Made by a program: the position numbers and the translations under genes. This document shows positions 47,163-59,799 of a DNA stretch of 64,000 bases, piece after piece (positions within the stretch are counted from its first letter, which is position 1; each line of letters opens with the position of its first letter). Origin of the DNA: Podarcis liolepis (Eukaryota); NCBI GenBank assembly GCA_965112155.1, contig OZ218103.1, one strand, 5' to 3'. The notes beneath the pieces are model-generated. The model did no database searches and was not told the origin of the DNA. It saw only the letters and a program-made list of their open reading frames with translations.

Positions 47163-48834
47163 ATCATCTCTCATTTTTCCAATTCCATGTGTGATTTTTT
47201 TAAAAAAAGAATCTTAATAAACATTTGTTAGGATTTTAGTGACTATTTTGTATGCAATTTTGCCTGAAATACACATTTTTTGGGCAAGCAGTTTTCCCTA
47301 ATATAAAGCACGTTATAAGTTGTTTTCACTAATATGTGCTTTTTCACTGATCTGCACATTTCTGTATACGTTATTTGGTTTGAAAACTCCATCACAACAT
47401 TGGGAGAACTGTGGGTTTAGGACGATGGATGTGTTTCTGTTTGAATATTGTTTTGCAAAGTTTGCATTAAAATTCAAGCTGGTTTTTATCCACAATTTAG
47501 CTTGAGTGAAAGGGGCCCAGATACCTAATAGTATGTGTGAGGTGGAGAGGGCAGTGCTTGAGATGGGGAGTCAGAGGGAAGCCTTTGGAGCCTCGGTACA
47601 GATGCCAAGACTACAGCCATATAGTCCTTCTTATAATGTGGTGTTTTCCTTTAGCTGGTTTCATCGCATAGCCTCACTAGTACACACCTGGGAACCAATA
47701 AATGGATCTGCCAATTTTACAAGCTGCAGATGATACCCATGTCTCTGAGCTCTTTGGACACCCATAGGTTGGAGGGCAAGACTAGTTTTCTCCTGCCAGG
47801 CATGACAGCAGAGCCTTGGGGATTTCTGCACAGGGGCAGTGAGCAGCCTGACAAAAGCTGAGCGTGGCATCGATCAATGGATCCATTAGTCCAACCCAAT
47901 TGTGTCTTTCTCACCCCTTCCAGTTTTCTAGCATGATAAACCTTGAGCAAAGCTATGGTTCAGCACTAAGTGACAAAGAGAAATGGGCTGTGTAACTCTG
48001 GGTAGCAAGGACAGAAGAAAATGTCTATAGCTAGCACAAAAACTATATTAAAAACATTAAGGTTGTGCAAAGAAATTCAGTTAGAAGAGGGTGATACGCT
48101 GCACAGAACTGCTACGCAATAGGCTATGGAGGGAGGGGAAAACATCTTGTCTCTCCCTTTATTGAATTTCCAGGGTTTTATTGCTGCCCTTCCAATTCCA
48201 AACTCGATTTAACGTAGATATGAGTGACAATCTAGGAGGTTTTTATACACCCGACTGAAAATTGAAGTATGTTGACTGCAATTTCCAATTAACGTTCCTT
48301 CTCCCCCACACCAAAGTCCAACTTATGATCCCCCAAACCTTGGTTCTGTTTCAGACGTCATCTTAAAAACAGACTAAAGCCAGGTCTGTGAGTATTGGCC
48401 TGATGAAGATCACAGAAAATGTTAGCAGGGGGCAGGCTAAGTCAAGGAAACACAAGTATGTGGTTGTAGAACTAGCTAGAAGACACAATCAGAAGTGGAA
48501 AATTGGCTCCATGGAGAGATGCACTCAAATTTGGGAACCCATCTTAAGGGTGCAATGTCTAAGAATTAATGAATTGGCATGGATGAAGGTGAAGCGGTCG
48601 TAAATAAGTAAACAGTGTTGGAAAGTTAGTACAGGAAAACAAATCCACCCAGAATCAGCTTCTTTACAAGAATGACAAATGACAAATTTTGCACTGACTG
48701 CAGTAGTAATCACCAGCTTTCTTCATTTGACACTATGGCAAAGGCAAATCAGAAGGGAATCTAGTTGGGTGTAACTGAGGAATGACTCAAGTTCACTGCA
48801 GAATGTGAACCATAGCAATAGGTTTGAATGGCTA

Positions 48835-48975
48835 AGTATTGGCAGATTTGTTTTTTATTCTTTTCAAATTTATCCCTAATATGGAATTAACCTTTTTCAC
48901 AGTCACCACATACTGGATTAACATCAATGAACTATTCAGCATAATCCCAAGGTCTCTTTCCTGTTCAGTCATCAC
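48835..48975 (-). mobile_element. CR1 RT fragment
   Basis: ERDLGIML...KKVNSILGI...RIKNKS, cf. CR1 EKDLGV...KKANxILGCI. Confidence 0.7.
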
Positions 48976-49347
48976 CAGTGTATATGTTACAATAAAATAA
49001 AATAAAATAAAATAAAATAAAATAAAATAAAATAAAATAAAAAGCAGTGAAAGACAACTATGTAAAACATTCAAAAAAATAAATTCATTAATAAGCTAAA
49101 AACCAGATTAAAACATGTCAACATTCTACATGTCTGAATAGGCTTGCTGAAACAAAAATGTTTTTAGCTGGCACTCAAAAGAGTACAGTTATGTTAATGT
49201 TAATACCCCTAAACATTTTGTGAATCTTTGTGCTTTTGTCCATTTACTGAATTTATTTCCCCCGATTTGAACTATAAAATGGTGATTTTCTTGTTCTCTG
49301 AGTGGCCAACCAGCTGCCTGTGGGAAACCCTCAAGCAGAACCTGAGA

Positions 49348-49722
49348 ACAACAACAACAACAACAACAACAATAAAATTTATTACTTATACGTCGCCCAT
49401 CTGGCTGGGCCTCCCCAGCCACTCTGGGTGGCTTCCAACAGGATTTTTAAAAAACACAATGAAATATCAAACATTAAAAACTTCCCTAAACAGGGCTGCC
49501 TTCAGATGTCTTCTAAAAGTCAGATAGTTGTTTATTTCCTTGACATCTGATGGGAGGGCGTTCCACAGGACAGGTGTCACTACCGAGAAGCTCCTCTGCC
49601 AGGTTTTCTGTAACCTCACATCTTGCAGTGAGGGGACTGCCAGAAGGCCCTCAGAGCTGGACCTCAGTGTCTGGGCAGAACGATGGGGGTGGAGACGCTC
49701 CTTCAGGTATCCTGGGCTGAGC
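49348..49722 (-). mobile_element. L2 LINE 3' fragment with (TTG)n tail
   Basis: ORF 49467-49724 contains LWNALPSDV...FRRHLKAALFREVF. Confidence 0.88.
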
Positions 49723-49760
49723 ACTCTCCCCTCTGCCGCAGCTGGTATTTAGAAGCATTA

Positions 49761-49962
49761 CAGTGGTACCTCGGGTAACAGATGCTTCAGGCTTACAGAC
49801 TCCACTAACCCAGAAATAGTACCTCGGGTTAAGAACTTCGCTTCAGGATGAGAACAGAAATTGTGTGGCGGTGGCAGCGGGAGGCCCCATTAGCTAAAGT
49901 GGTACCTCAGGTTAAGAACAGACCTCCAGAACAAATTAAGTTCTTAACCCGAGGTACCATTG
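49761..49962. mobile_element. Tc1/mariner-type MITE
   Basis: TIRs and TA TSD; same family as 15557. Confidence 0.9.
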
Positions 49963-51671
49963 TATTGTCTACAAGAACATAAAAATAAAATGCCTGTGGT
50001 GTGATATTATTATGACTTCATAGAGGTATATGAAAACCAGATTTTCTCTATAAATGGAAGGTTAAATTTGCCAGGAAAGGGTTGCACTTTACAGAGATGT
50101 TGGAAGCCATCATGAAATCCCTCTATAATGAATGAACATGAGAGGGGAAGGACAATAGGACAATTTGGAGGGAACGGGCTAGAGAATGGAATTTAAATAT
50201 AAAGGGCGCATAACCAGGTTGCAAGCTGGCTGTGAAAATATGCAGATGTGGCTATTCAGAAAATAGTAATGCTCATGAACTTTGGTATTCAAGACCGTAT
50301 GTAAGTTTACGGCTGAGATTGCAAGTTCATTCCTTGCATCTTCATTTGGCGATTACAGTTGCAGTTGTGCCTTTATTCCTCAGCAACATGGCTCACTGCT
50401 TTGCAGATGAGCAGAGTTATTGCTGAGCACGTAGATGACAAAACACATTTCACACCTCAATAACATATTTAGCTGTTTGTTTTGCTAAGTAACAATGCAA
50501 GTTTGCAGTGCTAATTTCACAACCATGGTATTATATTTGCCAGTTAACCATGTGGTTTCTAGAAGGAGAGGAAAATGTTTCAGGGCCACCTCAAATGTGA
50601 CAACAGCTGGCCACAATGCTGCTGGACTACTATCACATGATTAAGACTTTTTCTGCCCTCCAAAAAAAAAAAAAAAAATGTGGTGGCCATGCTTAGTTTG
50701 ATTTTACTCCTGCCCCCTGCACAGCCTCTTAAGCCTTCAGTGCTTTGCACTGATTGTTATGATTTTATGGCTAGTTTTCCATTGTAGTCTTACCGATTTT
50801 TTGTGATTTTTATTTATATGTTTTGAAGCCTTTGTGGTAATTTTTTAAAAATTGAAAGTGGTATAGAAGAAAGAACAACGAAGGAATAAATAAAAATGAA
50901 TGTAATGTGTATGTGTTTTGTTTTGAGTCTGTTGTTGGTTTCATAACAAAGTTTTTAGTGAGGGTCATGTGTCATAGTTAGGTTTGTTTTTCATTTTCAC
51001 TGTGATTCATATTTTAGATTGTAAACTGACTAGAGTCTGATTTTTTTTTGCCACAGAAAAAGTGGACTATATGGCCAAACAAACAAACAAACAAACAGCA
51101 AGACTCTTTACTGTGTTGCTGGTCTCCCAGCATCCCAAATTGTTTGATTTCATCTTGAAGACTGCAACAAAAGGAACTAGGGAATTCGATTTTGTGTCGC
51201 ACGTTAGTCCTGAGAGAAAATCTATAGGTCAAAACCAACAGGTGGGCCCTGGGCAGAATTCTTTTCTTAGCGCCCTCTTGATCCAATTGGCATAGCCATT
51301 GTGGTTCATCTTTCAATGCAACTCCAAATTGCAAGTTACTTCTTCAAAGGGCCTTTAAAAATGAGCAGAGACATTGCAAGTTGGCAGACTGCTGAAATGA
51401 TGAGCTCAATTTTTAAGTGCCACTTCAGAAGTGAGCAAACACGAGCGACGAAGTGCCAATGTTGTGCGAATAAGCTCAGAGTTGGAAATTGAAAATCACA
51501 TGTTTAAAACGACTGTGGAAACGTAGCAGAGGGCGGGGGGGGGGGAGTGCCTGCAACAAATTGTGGTTGCCTAGAAGCAGATGGGAACACACCTGCTGAC
51601 CCTGATAAAGCACATGCTCCAAATCCTGAAATGTCTCTAATCAAAGAACATTCTATTTTGAATCTGGTATG

Positions 51672-52284
51672 TGTGCTGGTCCTGTGGGCTAACCAAGAGG
51701 CGAGGTCCGAGTCCAGTCCGAGGTCGAAGGTGCAGTATGGAGGCAGTCCGTAAAAGTTGAAGCTGGATGCAGGGCAGGTAGTCGAGTGAGGTCAGGAGCT
51801 CTGGCAGGATAGCAGGACAGGGTTCAGGCAGGAACTAACAACCAACAAAGTTGCTCCCGCAACTAGGGACCGAGGCTGGCTGCTTTTATCTGCCCCGAGG
51901 CACAGGGTGACCCCCATCATCAGGTGACTCGCCTCTCCTGGCCTGGAGGCGAGCACTCCTCCTGCGGGAACTTAGTTCCCTCCGCCTCTGTGCCCTGAGC
52001 CTCTGCAGCTCAGGAGAAGCTGGAGGGTTACAGGACCCAGAGGCAACCTCAGCTTCCCCTGACGGGCCGAGAGTGGAGCACCTGCAGGCAATGGGTCCTC
52101 CATCCCCTCAGGAGCCAGAGCAGACTCACCTGGTGCCTGCACCTGAGGATCCAGCACAGGTGAGGACCCTTCAGGCTCAAGCTCAAGCCCCAGCCCCGGC
52201 TCAGCTGGTTCTGAAGGCGGGGACTCCTGTGCAGGCTGGGATTCCTCAGGTTCAGCATCCAAATCCAAATCCCAGGCCATCACA
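51672..52284 (-). mobile_element. Solo LTR (Gypsy- or ERV-like) carrying a U3 ORF
   Basis: TGTGATGGCC...CCAGCACA termini on the minus strand; GATAAAA TATA-like box; homologous to 58721-59312; TSD imperfect (GTATG/GTGTA). Confidence 0.8.
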
Positions 52285-52624
52285 GTGTACGTACGTAAAA
52301 CTGCCATAAGTATGCTCCATGAATCATCTTTGCGTAAGTACATTTGCCTTCTACGCTCCCTGGGAATGTAAGGTGCAAGGCACATTCTCTGAACTTTTAA
52401 AAATGTCCCTCAGGCAGAATAGGGCTCTGAACAAATTTGCCACCCTACTTCCCCAGTACACGTAGAACCATAGAATTGTAGATTTGGAACGAACCATGAG
52501 GATCATCTTTTGCCCAATGTGGGGCTCAAATTCATGACTCTGAGATTAAGAGTAACACGCTCTACCAACTGAGCAAGCTCCCTGGCTCCCAGCAAATGCT
52601 ACATCCTTCTTATGTTGATGTACT

Positions 52625-53138
52625 ATCTATTTATTTCAAATGTATAACCTACCCTTTCTTCCAAAAGGAGCCCAGGGTGGCAAACAATAAATGATGGTTT
52701 GTAGACTGGGAAAGGTCTCAAGTTAAAAGCCTTGTTGGGTGAGGAAGGCCTTCAGTCAGTCCTGAAAAGACAACAGAGATGGTGCTCAGTTGGGGAGGGA
52801 ATTCCAAAGGGTAGATGTTTCTACGACATCTGATTCCTATATTGTGTGGAAGGGACTTCCTGATATGATGGTCCACACCTGCAGAGAACAGTGATGAGCT
52901 GAGTGAGTCTGTATTTCAGGTTCCAAGATGTCCTAGGGTTTATGCACCAAAACATCTTAAGGCAGCCCTGTTCAGGGAAGTTTTTAATGTGTGACATGTT
53001 AGTGTATTTTTGGTCTCTGTGGAAGCCGCCCAGAGTGGCTGGGGAAACCCAGTCAAATGGGCGGGGTACAAATAATAAATTAAAAAACAAAACAAAAAAA
53101 TTGAACTTAGCCCGGTAGCTAATCGGCAGCCGGTGCAA
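52625..53138 (-). mobile_element. Old L2 fragment interrupted by a younger plus-strand L2 3' end (about 52952-53100)
   Basis: HRLPISYRAKF at 53101-53138 continues the minus-strand L2; the insert matches the L2 3' UTR. Confidence 0.7.
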
Positions 53139-53375
53139 TTATTTCAATTTCAATTATTTCATATGACCATGATATCCTGCCTTAGTAAGCAGCTAAGCTG
53201 TGGCCATAATGCAGCTATACGCTTGGGGGGCGGGGTGGGAATCAATGTTTTGAACCAGGAAAATGCAAACTTTGGTGAGTGCAGAACCATGTTGTGCATG
53301 GGAGAAATGGTCTCAAAGTTAATATCAGTGTATGGAATAAAGTGATATTTTAAAAATTGCAACTCTACATGATGG

Positions 53376-53464
53376 CATAGCTGTCAACTTTCCCCTTTTT
53401 TAAAGGGAAATTCCCTTATTCTGAATAGGAATCCTCTAAGAAAAGGGAAAAGTTGACAGCTATG
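53376..53464. mobile_element. 89-bp hAT-type MITE
   Basis: TIR CATAGCTGTCAACTTT; TSD CATGAT(G/A)G. Confidence 0.9.
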
Positions 53465-54997
53465 CATGATAGGTAAATCATGTACATATTCATGAAAAGG
53501 GAAAATAATAATAAATGGTTACTTTATTTACTCAGATAACACAGCATTCTTTTGTAAAGGGCCTGCCTGCTTGAAACTGTGTGAGTTTCATTTATAGTCA
53601 CAACCATATGAAAGGGTTTACAGCAAAACCACAAAGCTAAACAACATGTTGCCTACCCCACAATGGTGTGGTAATCATTAGGAACAAGTTTGGGGGCAAG
53701 GAAATAACATTTATTTTGTAACTTGCATAAGTACTACAAGCTTTCCAAACTCTCATTATGAAACATATGTAATTAATTACAAACTTTGGCACCATGACTA
53801 TAGCCTCTTTCCATGGTGTCTTTTCTCAGTTAGTTATGTGACAACCTCTCCCCACCCAAGTCAGATTAGTTGGGGAATAAGATGAGTAATTTCTACACCA
53901 AATAGGAAAGAGCTTATTTTAATTACGAGCTAACCAGTTTGTGTTTATTTATTTCACATTTTATTATAAGATGTTTATCCCCCACTTCCTCCCAAAGGAG
54001 CCCAGGATGGCAAGCATCAAAATGTTTAAAAATATTATTTGAAATAAAACATATTTAAAACGTTTAAACACAATTTAAAACTACCTTCAAAACACTTAAA
54101 AGCAATTGCATATCCTTACATTTGCTAATTTCAAGGCCGCTGTGGTCAGTATCTTTTGGCCATCGTATGCCAGAGTAAACGGGAATGTTTTTAACTTTCT
54201 TCTGAAAGTCAATAATGAGGGAGATAGATGCGCCCCATGAAAGAGGGCATTCAACAAATGGGGAACCACCACTGAGAAGGCCCTGTCACAGGTTCACTGC
54301 CAACCAGGCAGCAGCCTACTCATCTTCTGAGTTCAGCCCATCCATCCCCTGTCCCCCCCAACAACCCAGAAGCTGCAGATCAGGGGAAGATGGTTAGCAG
54401 GCAACAAACAACAGGTGTGTGTGTGCGGGGGGGGGGGGGGGGGAGCTGAACAAAATAATTTAGTCAAAGTTTAGCCCTAAAACTGATGCTTGTGCTTCTG
54501 TCATCCCTTTTGCCTTATACCTTGTGGGGTACATACGCTTAGGTGGAATGTGTGTGCATGTGCTGTTACTGCGCAGGGGCTGAAAAGGGCTAAAAAGTTG
54601 TCGTAGAAACAAGTTGCTTAGAGGGAAATTCTTGTAATAGTACTGAAGATGTTCACACTGCAGTGAGAGTTATCACACCATTAACAGACTCTAGGGGGCT
54701 GACACTTTAGTCTTGCGCTATCACTTTGTTTCTCTTGTACAATACTGTTTTCCTGAGTACCGTGGCAGAGTGATGTTGCGAGATGATCCTGGGAAAAATA
54801 AAAGCCTCTTAACATCCATCCATTTCTCTCTCTCTTGCTCACAGATGTGTGAGCACAACCACACACACACACACAGACACACACACGAAATGGAGACGGG
54901 GAGGCAAATTCTTCTCATTTAGAAAATCCTCTGCTTTGTGAATATTTGGGATCAAGTACTCCAAACCACCCTTTGCTTCTATATATTCTGATTATAC

Positions 54998-54999
<2 letters not shown>

Positions 55000-55048
<49 letters not shown>

Positions 55049-55480
55049 AATTTCTATACCACCCTTTATCCAAGGATCACTGGGTGGTTTACAATATAAA
55101 AACACAAAAATCCATACCATGGGAGCAAACAAGAACAATACCCTCCACGGTTTAAAATAAGGCCATAGATTGTTTAATTAGCCAAAGACCTGTGAGAAGA
55201 GGAATGTTTTTGCATGGTGGCTAAATACCTGGAATGAAGAAATGAGGCAAGCCTCCCTGGGGAGAGCATTCCGCAAGTGGAGAGCCACTGCAGAAAAGGC
55301 CCATTCTCATGTTGCTGCCCTCTGGACATCTTGTGGACGAGGCACATGAAGAAGAGCCTCAGATTATGACCGCATGGTCTGGGTTGCTTCTTATGGGGAG
55401 AGGTGGTCCTTGAAGTATTGCGGTCCTGAGCTGCTTCAGGCTTCATAGGTCAAAACCAGCATTTTGAACTAGGGCCAGAA
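55000..55480 (-). mobile_element. L2 LINE 3' fragment with (TAA)n tail
   Basis: L2 3' UTR and ORF2 C-terminal remnants. Confidence 0.75.
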
Positions 55481-55507
55481 ACTACCGTATTTTTTGTTCT
55501 GTAAGAT

Positions 55508-55707
55508 NNNNNNNNNNNNNNNNNNNNNNNNNNNNNNNNNNNNNNNNNNNNNNNNNNNNNNNNNNNNNNNNNNNNNNNNNNNNNNNNNNNNNNNNNNNNN
55601 NNNNNNNNNNNNNNNNNNNNNNNNNNNNNNNNNNNNNNNNNNNNNNNNNNNNNNNNNNNNNNNNNNNNNNNNNNNNNNNNNNNNNNNNNNNNNNNNNNNN
55701 NNNNNNN
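55508..55707. other. Assembly gap (200 N)
   Basis: Run of N, preceded by TACCGTATTTTTTG, a probable Tc1/mariner MITE end. Confidence 1.
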
Positions 55708-56162
55708 ATTGTGCTCCTGTTGTAATAACTTTGATGAAAGGCAGCATAGAAATATTATCCTCTCCGGGAGGATTTGACACCCAATTAACCTCTGATTTTG
55801 CATTGAAAGTTCTGGCAGGTGATATTTCGAATAAGTCCAAACCCTAAATAGAACCTGTTTCTTCCCGCAGCACTACTTTATATGTTTTCAGGATATAGCT
55901 CTGAACTGGACACGTACAAATTTTCTAGAGCCCTGGGCATTTTCATTTCCAGTTAAGTACAGCACCAAAAAGAAAAAAAGCGAAATCTTCATGCATTCTC
56001 AGTATGTGGTTTATAAGAAGCGATTAATCTTCAGGAAGTGGAAGCCAGCAACTGTGTACCAAAATCAGTTGAGATTTGAGTTTATTTTCCTTACCATCCT
56101 GTTGTTGTTGAATTGATCCTTACATTCTCATTTTTTAAAACTTGCGTAGATAAGACATTTGA

Positions 56163-56361
56163 ACCAGGAAAGGAAATGGAGGGAAGTCAGGAGGTTAAAG
56201 AGAACGTCCCAAAATATATTTTGTTTTTGTTTTTGTTTACTTTAATTCTATTACTTCATGTTGGATATTTTGTATTTTTCTTTCTTCCTTTTTTTGATGG
56301 AAAATAACTGTTGAAGTTGAAGTCGTAAAACCAATAAAAAATTATTTACACCCCCTCCCCC
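56163..56361 (+). mobile_element. L1-like 3' UTR fragment between direct repeats of about 180 bp
   Basis: GGGAAGTC, T-rich tract and GTAAAA..AATAAAAA.TTATTT end, shared with the L1 at 57099. Confidence 0.65.
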
Positions 56362-56632
56362 AAAAGTGAAATCTTCATGCATTCTTAGTATGTGGTTTAT
56401 AAGAAGCGATTAATCTTCATGAAGTGGAAGCTGGCAACTGTGTACCAAAATCAGATGAGATTTGAGTTTATGTTCCTGTTGTTGTTGAATTAACTCTCAC
56501 ATTCTCATTTTTAAAAACTTGTGTAGATAAGACATTTGACTGCCTTTGATAGTAGTATAACAGAGAACTCATTGCTCTTGTGTTTCTTATCATTTGAAAT
56601 TTTGTGTACCTGAAATAGTTTAATCTCTCTTT

Positions 56633-56891
56633 CCAGTGTGGTGTAGTGGTTAAGAGCGGTAGTCTCGTAATCTGGGAAACCGGGTTCAAGTCTCCGCTCC
56701 TCCACATGCAGCTGCTGGGTGACCTTGGGCCAGTCACACTTCTTTGAAGTCTCTCAGCCCCACTCACCTCACAGAGTGTTTGTTGTGGGGGAGGAAGGGA
56801 AAGGAGAATGTTAGCCGCTTTGAGACTCCTGAAGGGGAGTGAAAGGCGGGATATCAAATCCAAACTCTTCTTCTTCTTCTTCTTCTTCTTC
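56633..56891 (+). mobile_element. Squam3-type SINE
   Basis: A box TGGTGTAGTGG, B box GGTTCAAGTCT, CORE-like middle, (CTT)n tail. Confidence 0.92.
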
Positions 56892-56918
56892 CTAATGTAT
56901 CGGCCTTATTTCTCATAT

Positions 56919-57575
56919 CAGGGGTGCCAACTTGAATAAAATATTGGGAGGAGGGCCAGGTAAGCCCCACCCCACATAATCAATCAGATGATGTGGAACA
57001 GGGACACCATTTGAATGGCAACGCCCATCAACTTTGGGGGGGGGGCCAGTCCCCTCAAATATTTGGGGTGGGGCAAAGGGATCTTGACCCCTAAAAGTGT
57101 TTTTTTGAAATAATTTTTATTTGATTTTACAAATATAAAATTATAAAAATACAACCAAACACAACAACAGTTAAAAAATTCATCCGAATCTCTGGACTTC
57201 CCACCTTCCCCTCTATGGCTCCTATTGCTAAACCTTTTCTACTGCATCTTTTCCAATAGTCCATATTTTATATAACTCCATTATCTCCACAGCTCTTGCT
57301 ACATTGCAAGTATTATTACAATCCTGCTTGTGTTTTCATCTGCTTACAGTGGTCTCCAAGCGAAATTATAAATTTTCCCCATTCTTTGTTTAAGTTTTGG
57401 TCTTCTTGGTTCCTGAGCTTCCCAGTCAATTTCACCATTTCTGCATAGTCCAACAGTTTAATTTGCCATTTTTCTCTGGTAGGGACTTTATCTTCCTTCC
57501 ATCTCTGGGCTAATAGCATCCGTGCGGCTGCAATTGCATATATATAAACTTGGCCCCTAGAAGTTGGCTTCTATG
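56919..57575. mobile_element. hAT-type MITE split by an L1 insertion
   Basis: CAGGGGTGCCAAC...GTTGGCTTCTATG; homologous to 29321-29506. Confidence 0.8.
57099..57548 (-). mobile_element. L1 LINE 3' fragment
   Basis: ORF2 C-terminus AARMLLAQRWK...WGKF; poly(A); 16-bp TSD CTTG(A/G)CCCCTA(A/G)AAGT. Confidence 0.88.
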
Positions 57576-58720
57576 CCTCATGCCCTTTCTTAAAAATGAA
57601 AATCAGGGATGTAGTCAGGAAGTACCACTGTGGTTGTGCAGACTCATGGGGACATCCTGAACCTGGAGGCACATCTTCAGAAGATCCTCTCCCTAGCTAG
57701 ATGTCTGGGGGAGAACAAAACCCTGGTTTTGTTATCTGGAAGGAAACGACTAGTGGGAGATGTATTACTTTTTCATTGTCATACAAAGTGCAAGTGGTGG
57801 CTGAGCAGACTATAGAATTTGCTAGATTTCTAACAATTCATAATCTCTAGTTAGTGTGTATGTATTTGTCAAAAACAAGGGATGCCTAAATACAAATAGC
57901 AGATCAGCCTCTCCACATCCCACCTGCAGCCTTATTCTAGATATTTGCAGAGAAAAACACTAGTGTTTGGCTACTGGCTGAAAGGCTTGACCCACACAGA
58001 TTTCTTACAATAACACAGAGTGGAGAAACTAGGGCAAAGATACTTCCGTAACCTTCAGGGACTGGGGTGTTTTTGATGGTCTTTTCTGACTCCAGTGCAA
58101 ATTTCAAAATGCTTCTTCTAAAGCCTTGTAAGAGCTGTGAAGGAAGTGGAGCATACAACGGAGATAATAATTTGCTTTTATTTATAGCACCTGGACTCCC
58201 AGGGAGATAAACGCTTAAGATAGTCAAGTCCGGTTTGTCCATGCCAGGAGAGCTGGACGCAACAAGCAGGATTCAAAGAAAGTTATTTTGCTTCTCAAGT
58301 GCTTGACAGCCTAACTATCCCCACAGTCCCAAGCAGGTGGTTTACAGAACACTTGGTGGCCACTTGGTACACCCCAGCTATCCAGCTCCTGATCAATAAC
58401 TGCCTCTGTTTTGTTCTGAGGTATTGTTTGTTGGCGTGGGAGTTTTTGATGGTTCTGTCTGAAAGCGTTCATATAAGTTGTTTGATTCAGGTAAATGTGC
58501 ATTTCCACAAGAAAGGCATATCAGGTGCCATTGGAACAGAGGAGTCAGACGACTGGTCCATCTAACTCATTTACCAGCCACAATGGCAGTGACCCTCCAG
58601 GGTTTCTGACTGGGGACAATCCTAGTCCTTCCTGAAGATGCTGAGACTTGAACCTGGGACTTTCTGCATGCAAAGCAGGTGCTCCCTTCCCCCCATATGT
58701 ATCCTCCATTTTGTACACAG

Positions 58721-59312
58721 TGTGATGGCCTGGGACTCGGAACCAGAGGAGACTCAGTCTGCACCGGATCCTTTGCCTCAGGTATCACCTGAACAAAGTC
58801 TGGGGCTTGATCCTGAAGAGTCCCAGTCTGCACAGGTTCCCCTGCAATAAACACCAGCTGAGCCGAGTCAGGGGCCTGAGCCTGCCCTGGCTCCAGATGC
58901 GGGGATTACCTCGTTGCCTTCACCTGGGCCATCACTTACAGCTGCCCCACTACCGGTTTGGTCAGGGGAGGCTGAGGCGGCCCCTGGGTCTAGTAACCCA
59001 CTGCCATCTCCCGAGCTGTAGAGACTAAGGTCTGAGAGAAGGAGAGACCTGAGTACTTGCAGGAGGAGTGCTTGCCTTCAGGCGAAACAGGGAGCTGAGT
59101 TGCTGGGGGATCAGGACCGCTACCTCAACAAAGATAAAAGGCTGTTGGACCCCGCCCCAGGTTGTGGGAGCAACACTGCTGTATGCCAGATCCTGCACCT
59201 GTCCTTGCCTGGTTTCCTGCCTCGTGTCCTGCCTTGGCCCTGTTGGACTGACTCATAGCGGAACCTTCAGATTCTGGACTGTGCTTCACAGGTAACCCTG
59301 TGGCCCAGCACA
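58721..59312 (+). mobile_element. Solo LTR (Gypsy- or ERV-like) carrying a U3 ORF
   Basis: TG...CA termini; perfect 5-bp TSD CACAG; GATAAAA box; homologous to 51672-52284. Confidence 0.88.
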
Positions 59313-59417
59313 CACAGCCTGGATAACATTTGATAGGACAATTATGTTTTTCTGGTGTATCTGTGACCCAAAGGACATTCACCTTTATTGCTTTTAAATG
59401 GGAGAGATAGTATACAG

Positions 59418-59649
59418 CAGGGGTCAGCAAACCTTTTCAGTAGGGGGCCGGTCCACTGTCCCTCAGACCTTGTGGGGGCCAGACTATATTTTGGAGGGGA
59501 AATGGACGAATGCCCCACAAATAACCCAGAGATGCATTTTAAATAAAAGCACACATTCTACTCATCTAAAAACATGCTGATTCCCAGACTGTCTGTGGGC
59601 CGGATTTAGAAGGCGACTGGGCCCCCAGACCTTAGTTTGCCTACCTATG
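59418..59649. mobile_element. hAT-type MITE
   Basis: CAGGGGTCAGCAAAC / GTTTGCCTACCTATG ends; TSD (G/A)TATACAG. Confidence 0.82.
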
Positions 59650-59799
59650 ATATACAGCAGGCAGAGGAAAGTTTTTGTCAATGTAGAGGGAAGTTTTCAA
59701 TGTTTGATGTTTTATTATGCTTTTATATTTGTTGGAAGCTGCCCAGAGTGACTAGGGCAACCCAGACAGATGGGTGGGGTACAATTAGTATTAGTATTA

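Noticed and set aside
52510-52580. tRNA-Lys(CTT)-like sequence on the minus strand
   Set aside because: Mutated B box and arms, fused to a CR1-type tail: a SINE head, not a tRNA gene.
55450-55847. ORFs of 117-123 aa
   Set aside because: Artefacts of translating through the 200-N gap.
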